In this document: positions 35,339-42,358 of the stretch, in pieces | Position numbering within the stretch: the first letter of the stretch is position 1 | Layout: every line of letters begins with the position of its first letter | Source: Octopus bimaculoides | Taxonomy: Eukaryota | Direction of reading: 5' to 3' | NCBI RefSeq assembly: GCF_001194135.2 | Contig: NC_068981.1 | Coordinates: 130,320,709 to 130,363,066, forward strand | DNA: 42,358 nt | Notes under the pieces: generated by a model | Database searches by the model: none | Told to the model about the DNA's origin: nothing | Seen by the model: the letters and a program-made list of their open reading frames with translations, nothing else | Translations under genes and position numbers: made by a program

Positions 35339-35605
35339 CAATGGTTCCCAACCTGTTTTGCACTTTGGACTGATTCCATGCTAGACAATCTTTTCATGAA
35401 CTGGGGAATAGTGCACATAATAAGACACAATAAAGAGCATAATATATAACTTTATTATTAGATATATAATAAATATATGTTGCATATGTAATACATATAT
35501 AATGCAAAAACAGACTGCAAACCAGTGATAGTCAATAAAATAGAAATAAATTAAAAAATATATTCTTTCTGTGCAGCCTAGTACCGAACGATCTTTGGTC
35601 CAGTG
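35339..35605. mobile_element. hAT-type MITE, second family (right TIR damaged)
   Basis: Left CAATGGTTCCCAACC. Flanks CTTTAGAG (35331-35338) and CTTTAGAA (35606-35613). Confidence 0.65.
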
Positions 35606-35631
35606 CTTTAGAAGAGGTAAGAAATATCTTT

Positions 35632-36047
35632 TGTGTGGCTATGTGATGAGAAGGTTGCTTCCTAACCACATGGTTCTGAGTTCAATCCCACTGTGTGGCA
35701 CCTTGGACAAGTGTCTTCTACTATAGCCTCAGGCTGACTAAAGCCTTGCAAGTGGATATGGTAGATGGAAACTGAAAGAAGCCTGTTGTACACACGCATA
35801 CACACACACACACACACACACACGTCTTTGTGTCTATGTTTTCCCCCCATCACTGCTTGACAACCGGTATTGGTGTGTTTACATCTCCGTCACTTAGCAT
35901 TCGGCAAAAGAGACTGATAGAATAAGTACCAGGCTAAAAAAAAAAAAAGAAAAAGGTACTGGGATCGTTTCATTCAACTAAAAATTCTTTTAGATGGTGT
36001 CCCAGAATGGTTGCAGTCTAATGACTGAAACAAGTAAAAGATAAAAG
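35632..36047 (+). mobile_element. SINE family A
   Basis: Full length. Further minus-strand copies lie at ~36190-36378 (internally deleted), ~36637-37045 and ~38745-39035. Confidence 0.88.
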
Positions 36048-37129
36048 CTATCATCATCATCATCATCATCATCGTTTAACGTCCGCTTTCCATGCTAGCA
36101 TGGGTTGGACGATTNNNNNNNNNNCATCCAACCCATGCTAGCATGGAAAGCGGACGTTAAACGATGATGATGATGATGATGATGATGATAGCTTTTATCT
36201 TTTACTTGTTTCAGTCATTAGACTATACATATATATATATACATGACAAGCACTTCTTTCAGTTTCTAGCTACCAAATCCACTTGTAAGACTTTGGTCAA
36301 CCCAGGGCTATAGTGGGACTGAACTCAAAACTACAATAATTGGAAGCAATCTTCTTAATCATACAGCCATGCCTACACCTATCTATTATATTCCAAAAAT
36401 AAAAATGGTGAATATATTTTAATACTAAATCAGCAACCGGAAATTATTGAATATGCTAAAACTGTAATAGCATAAAATGCAGATAATATTTTAAATACTG
36501 ATATAGCAACCAGTCAAGTTATAGGATAAATAAAAACATGTAGCATAGAATGTATTGAATATTTATTTTAGAATATCAAGATAGCAGCTACTAAAGTTAT
36601 GGAATAGTGATTGCGATGCAATATATATTATCTTTTATCTTCTATTTTTCACTTGTTCCAGTCATTTGACTGTGGCTATGCTAGAGTGCCATCTGCTAGG
36701 GTACCATCTTGAAGTAACCATCTTGAAGCGGTTTGTTGAACAAATCAACTTCAGTACTTATTTTTTTTTTACTATTTTTAAGCCTGATACTCATTCTATT
36801 AATCTTTTTGGCCAAACCACTAAGTTACAGGGATGTAACCAGACCAACACCAGTTGTCAAGTGGTGGTAGGAGGCAAAGGCACAAATACACATACACATA
36901 TACAATAGACTTCTTACTGTTTACATCTACCATATCCACTCACAAGGCTTTGGTTGACCAGACGCTCTAGTAGAAGACACTTACCCAAAGTGCCATGCCA
37001 TGCAATGGTACTGAACCCAGAACTATGTGGTTGAGAAGTGAACTGATATACATAATATATATATATACTGAACAGCATTAATCAATTTTCAAATCTTATT
37101 GGATTCTCACCAGAGGTCTCTTCAAATTG

Positions 37130-37165
<36 letters not shown>

Positions 37166-37674
37166 TATCAACTATACATTACTGAATGTATGTCACATGC
37201 CTGTTTGTTGGCAGGCTGTGATTTAGGATGGTGGGGATGACTCCCTCAAAGTGTCAGATGTTAAAACACCTGAAAGCCATAGACAGGCGAGACCACTTGC
37301 CCCAAATCCCATTCAGGAGCAATGGACATGGATGTTTTGCTATTTTTGTGGATCATCAAGATCATGTACTTGAACTGAATTGGAGGCAAATTGAATTACC
37401 AACCCATGACTATATATAAGTGGTGTACAAACCATTTGCTGGTATGTTCCTATCATGTATATGTTAGAATAAATTCAAATATGAATTAGAAGCAGCTTCT
37501 TAACCACGTATAACTATAGTAGTTATTTTGGTTTTGTAACAGACATTGTTCTTGTTACTATTTAGTTCCTGGCCAGTCCTCTTTAAGCAGATCTATGAAC
37601 AAAGGCATTCCAGTTATGACTGGACTGTCTTTTTTTCTTTCAGACACAGTTTATCTAGGACTGCATTATTCAGT

Positions 37675-38066
37675 GGAGGCACAATGGCCCAGTGGTTAGG
37701 GCAGCGGACTTGCGGTCATGGGATCATGGTCTTGATTCCCAGACCGGGTGTTGTGAGGGTTTATTGAGCAAAAACACCTGAAGCTCCACGAGGCTCTGGC
37801 TAGGGATGGTGGCGAACCCTGCTGTACTCTTCCACCACAACTTTCTCTCACTCTTACTTCCTGTTTCTGTTGTGCCTGTAATTCAAAGGGTCAGCCTTGT
37901 CACACTGTGTCACGCTGAATAACCCCAAGAACTACGTTAAGGGTACATGTGTCTGTGGAGTGCTCAGCCACTTGCACGTTAATTTCACGAGCAGGCTGTT
38001 CCGTTGATCGGATCAACTGGAACCCTCAACGTCGTAAGCGACGGAGTGCCAACAACAACAACAACA
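37675..38066 (+). mobile_element. tRNA-derived SINE, family D, full length with (CAA)n tail
   Basis: A box TGGCCCAGTGG (37685-37695) in a clearly tRNA-like head, with a degenerate B box. Imperfect TSD cattattcagt / cactattcaat. Confidence 0.88.
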
Positions 38067-38389
38067 CTATTCAATATGTTCTTTCCTTTTTTTATTTAAA
38101 GATTCTAAAGTGCAGTATAGGGAATATTTTGCAGCTAATTCTTACAAGTGAGTTGACTGTGGCTATGTGGTATCTTTTATCTCTTACTTGTTTCAATCAT
38201 TGGACTGCAGTCATGCTGGGGATTTAGTTGAACAAATTGCTTCCAATATCTATTTTCTCATTATCACTCTCTTTATCCTATTCTCTAATTCACTCCTTTG
38301 TTCTCCAACTGGGGTATTCATGTATCTGTTCTACAGCAAGACGCCTATATTTGTTCCCACTATACCTTAAATCCCTCAACCAATACAAT

Positions 38390-38725
38390 GCCACACCCTC
38401 TCAATACAACAACCCAATCCTAGTTGAGGGATCTTTGTCTTGCAAGGTTCTTGGTGACCCTGTCAGTGCTGGTGTCACATAAAAAGCACTGACGGAGGTG
38501 CCATTTGAAAAGCACTAGTGATGGTGATACATAAAAAGCACTGGTGATGGGGCCATGTAAAAAGCACCCAGTACATTTTGTAAACGGTTGGCATTAGGAA
38601 GGGCACGCAGCTGTAGAAACCATGCCACAACAGACAATGGGGCCTAGTGCAGTTCTTGGCTTTGCCTGCTTCTGCCATACCATCCAACCCATGCCAGCAT
38701 AGAAAACAGTTGTTAAAGGATAATG
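38390..38725 (+). mobile_element. Family C retroposon
   Basis: tcttgcaaggttcttggtgaccctgtcagtgctggtgtcacataaaaagca, with three short internal units and the family C tail. Confidence 0.82.
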
Positions 38726-38807
38726 ATCATTGTCATCATAAGTCTGGTACTAATTCTATCAGTCTCTTTTGGTGAGTATCAGTTGTCAAATAGTAGTGGG
38801 GAACAAA

Positions 38808-38863
<56 letters not shown>

Positions 38864-39379
38864 CACACACGATGGTCTTCTTTCAGTTTTCCTCTGCCAA
38901 ATCCACTCATAAGGCTTTGGTCAGCATGGAGCTATAGTAGAAGTCACATGCCCAAGGTGCCGTGCAGTGGGACTGAACCGGGAATCAAGTGCTTGGGAAG
39001 CAAATGTCTCACCACACGGCCACTCTTGCACCTATATAATGAGGTGTTTTTTCATATCTGTAGCATTGAGTCAAATTCATTAAAATGAATGAGCTCATAA
39101 TAATTAGAGTGAACTCCACACAGAAATTATAACATGAGGAGACTAATAGTATGTGGTAGTAGTCTGCTCCTAAGCAGAATTAAAATGTGGGCTACACTGG
39201 TAGGCTGAAAAGAGGCAGCTTTATCTTGCATAACAACAGCCAAGAGGCTGAAATCAATACTGAAAGAGTACTAGAAGGAAAAATCTCGTGACCTGTAAGT
39301 TTCCACTGGAAAAAAAATTCTTTCTTTAAATTTATGCAGTATTTTCTTTATCAAATATGTTGTAGCTACATTTAGGTAT

Positions 39380-40380
39380 AGACTTGCAGTATCATTAAGA
39401 AGTTCATGTTGTTATCACATGGTTATGAGTTCAGTCCTACTGCATGACACCTAGAGTAAATATCTTCTACTATGCCTTATGAATGCATTTCATAGACACA
39501 AAATGTGTGGAAACCTGTTGTACGAGAGAGTACTCAAAAGAAACCAGAATTTTGCAATATTGTTTTATTCACTTAGTTTTACATGTTTACATTTTTATCA
39601 CCTTCAAAATATTCTCCATTTGAAGCAATGCATTGGTCAAGACGCATTTTCCACAGTTTGAAACAGTCCTGGAACTCTTGCAAAATGATGCTTTTTAACA
39701 CTTCTGTCCTTTTTTTCTTCACCTCTTCCACATCTGCAAATTCCGTAGCACCAGCTTTTGTCATCAGGTCTGGATCAACTTCCAGTTGTTTTTTCAGTTC
39801 ACAACATGTATTCAGCTGTGACTACTTTTGATCTTTCGTGAGCAAGTGAGCCACAAATTTTGCTGCAACTCTTTTTATTTACAATTCATCTCTTAAAATT
39901 CATTGGCAGGAGCTCCAGGACACACCAGTTATATGAACAAGTTTGTTAATTGTTTGGCAACAGTCCTCCAAGATCAGTTCATGAATTTTCGTGATGTTTT
40001 CATTTGTTTGGGATGTCGATGGTGGCCCTGGACAAGCTTGGTCTTCAACTGGCAAGTGACTTTCCTAAAGTGCAAAAACCACTCATGAACTTGTGTTTTG
40101 GTCATGGCAGCACCCTTGTAAGCTATTTGAAGCATGACAACTGTTTTGGCTGTTCTTTCCTCAAACTGTTCTTTCGTCTTGACCATCATAAAAATCAACG
40201 AACAGGGAAGAAGCACTGCAAAACAAAGACGCACCACATGGCAGTATTACCTCACTCAACAATGCCGGTTGGCAGGCTGATGCCTGAGGGTTGCATCCAG
40301 TGACTTCTAGTGGCAGAAGCCTGAACTACAATGGGCTTGTCCCATAGAGGACATTACTGGTTACTTTTGGGCACCTCTTC

Positions 40381-40418
<38 letters not shown>

Positions 40419-40680
40419 ATCTGTATATATATGTGTGTGTGTGTGTGTGTATCTGTATATATGTGTGTGTGTGTGTGTCTGTTTGTGTATTACCCCCCAC
40501 CACTACTTGACAACTGGTGTTGGTATGCTTATGCCTCTATAACTTAGTGATTCAGCAAAAGGAACTGATAGAATAAATACCAAACTTAAAACGTGAGTAC
40601 TGGGGTTGATTTATTTGACTAAACTCTTTAAGGTGGTGCTCCAGCATGGCTGCAGTCCAATAAATGAAACAAGAAAAAGG
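39380..40680 (+). mobile_element. Old SINE family A copy split by the mariner insertion
   Basis: The head (39380-39522, ending acctgttgTA) continues after 40382 as TAtatat...gtttgtg..ccccaccactacttgacaac...tail. Confidence 0.75.
39523..40381 (-). mobile_element. Internally deleted mariner (Tc1/mariner) transposon, dead transposase
   Basis: TA at 39521-39522 and 40382-40383, with ~27-bp imperfect TIRs. The minus strand from 40189 reads MVKTKEQ..TAKTVVMLQIAYKGAAMTKTQVHEWF (HTH), then SWSSCQ*IL...KRVAAKFV..LLT.DQK...LEVDPDL, a SWCYG remnant, and FADVEEVKKK...EFQDCFKLWKMRLDQCIASNGEYFEGD. Confidence 0.93.
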
Positions 40681-40739
40681 ATACTATGAAGTATTAGTAA
40701 CTGAAAAATTGCTGAGAAGCATTATTATATTTAGTTTTG

Positions 40740-40895
40740 CCAAATATTTTAAGCATCTCAGTGGTGTTTCCTGATGAGTCGGGGACTTTCCCTGTTTTCA
40801 TATCCTTAATTACTTTATCTACTAAACTATTGTCAATTCCGATTGCCGGCCCCTCTGTTGTGTCCACATTAGGCAGGCTCTCCTCTCCATGCATT
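40740..40895 (-). mobile_element. RTE-type LINE ORF2 fragment (region just before the RT domain)
   Basis: LPNVDTTEGPAIGIDNSLVDKVIKDMKTGKVPDSSGNTTEMLKIFG fits the LINE motif AIKxMKxGKAPGPxGIxAEMLK. Confidence 0.75.
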
Positions 40896-41019
40896 TAAGA
40901 ATTAATATGAATTTGTTACTTAGGAACAAGGCCTCAAAATGAAGGGAATGAATATAACCAATTAGATAAACCACAATACTTTTCTGGGATTTATTTTATC
41001 AATTCCATAACCATGTACT

Positions 41020-41465
41020 TCCTCTATAGCAAGACACCTGTTTCTGCCTCTCTGTCTCTCTGTCACACTCTAATCTTTCATCATCTGACACAAGATCACC
41101 TCCTCTAATGCCCCTACCCTCTCAAGATTCCTTGTCTTGCAAGTTACTTGGTGACCTGCCAGTGCTGGTGCCATGTAAAAAGCATCCAGTCCACTCTGTG
41201 AAGTGGTTAGCATTTGGAAGGGCATCCAGCTGTAAAAACCATGTCAAACCTGATCTCACCTGTGCTGGTGCCATGTAAAAAGTGCTCAGTCCACTCTATG
41301 GGGTGGCTAGATTTTAGGAAGGACATCCAACCATAAAAACCATGCCAAACCGGACACAGAAGTCTGGTGTAGTCTTCTACCTGGCCGGCTCCTGTCAAAC
41401 CATCCAACCCACGCCAGCATGGAAGACATACGTTAAATGATGCTGCTGTTGCTGCTACTGATGAT
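41020..41465 (+). mobile_element. Family C retroposon, longer 5' extent
   Basis: ttccttgtcttgcaagttacttggtgacctgccagtgctggtgccatgtaaaaagca (x2 units)...ccaacccacgccagcatggaag..cgttaaatgatg. Confidence 0.82.
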
Positions 41466-42320
41466 GAAAGGCAATGTTGACTTCAGTAGGATTTGAACTC
41501 AGTGTGTAGAGTTATACAATTAAAAGCACAAGACATTTTGTTCATTAGCCATTGGATCCGACATAGTAATACATTTCTATAGAATGGTTTATAACAAACA
41601 ATCCATTGACTGTTTTCATTTGAGTTCAGTTTCCTATTATCTGTTTATAAACAATATTGAAGCTACTTTTCTTTTTATCTCTGTTAGAGTTCTGATTTTA
41701 TGCACCATTTATTCACAAGAATCCAATCACAATATAAATTGTAAGCAGATAAGAAGATAATGTAAATTGCTATTTTGACTCCATCTTTGCAGACTGTGAT
41801 TGTGTGTTGTATGTGTGTGTGTGTTCATACACATGTACATATACGTATGTACATACATAGATATGTGCTAATACACATTAAGGCATCTCAGTTTCCAGGA
41901 AATTATAATTTTTGGGCGATCAGAAGCTAATTTTTATTTTTCATTTTTTAACTTTTATTTCATGATTTAAAGTTCTGAGCACTAGAAAACAAGAAGCATG
42001 AACATAAAATTTTATTCCACAAAATACACATATACTTGTATGAAAAACTAACAATTTATGATAAATAAAAGAAAAAAAATATTTCTAAATATTAAAACAA
42101 TATTTCAGTAAGATTGATGGCATTGTTTCAAGAAGAATATATTTTTCTTGTTGTTGTTGCAAAAATTTGATCACAAAGAGCAAGGAACAGATTCTATATT
42201 TATATTTATGTGTGTGTGTGTGTGTGTGTGTGTCTTTATGTATGTATGTATGTATGTATGTATGTATGTATGTATGTATGTATCTATCTATCTATCTGTA
42301 TATATATGTATGTATATATG

Positions 42321-42358
<38 letters not shown>

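Noticed and set aside
37675-37750. tRNA gene
   Set aside because: This is a tRNA-like SINE head. The B box is degenerate, there is no acceptor stem closure, and it continues into a SINE body and (CAA)n tail. The same applies to family A heads.

Overview
This is AT-rich, repeat-dense eukaryotic genomic DNA, most likely from an octopus or other coleoid cephalopod (inferred from the SINE families as I recall them). It has four N gaps. The only functional gene I can support is the 3' end of COG4 (conserved oligomeric Golgi complex subunit 4) on the + strand. Its six exons are join(854..1000,2186..2269,3404..3505,4991..5119,7984..8075,16058..16100), all with GT-AG sites, giving 198 aa plus stop and ending ...VDFRSEDIRRLKL*. 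The remaining ~26 kb has no intact gene. It does contain a decayed, intronless, 3'-truncated copy of NACA (~24514-24832). The rest is layered mobile DNA: several tRNA-derived SINE families, a (GAT)n-tailed retroposon family, RTE and CR1/L2-type LINE fragments, an internally deleted mariner, mariner/Tc2/hAT/piggyBac-type MITEs (several nested, with intact TSDs), foldback hairpins and microsatellites. Most ORFs in the supplied track are microsatellite or SINE artefacts. I found no convincing new protein-coding system. The best leads are RNA-level hypotheses (a SINE-bracketed terminal exon, inverted SINE pairs around in-frame exons, long hairpins, hammerhead-like words) and the NACA retrocopy. 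None of these could be checked computationally here.
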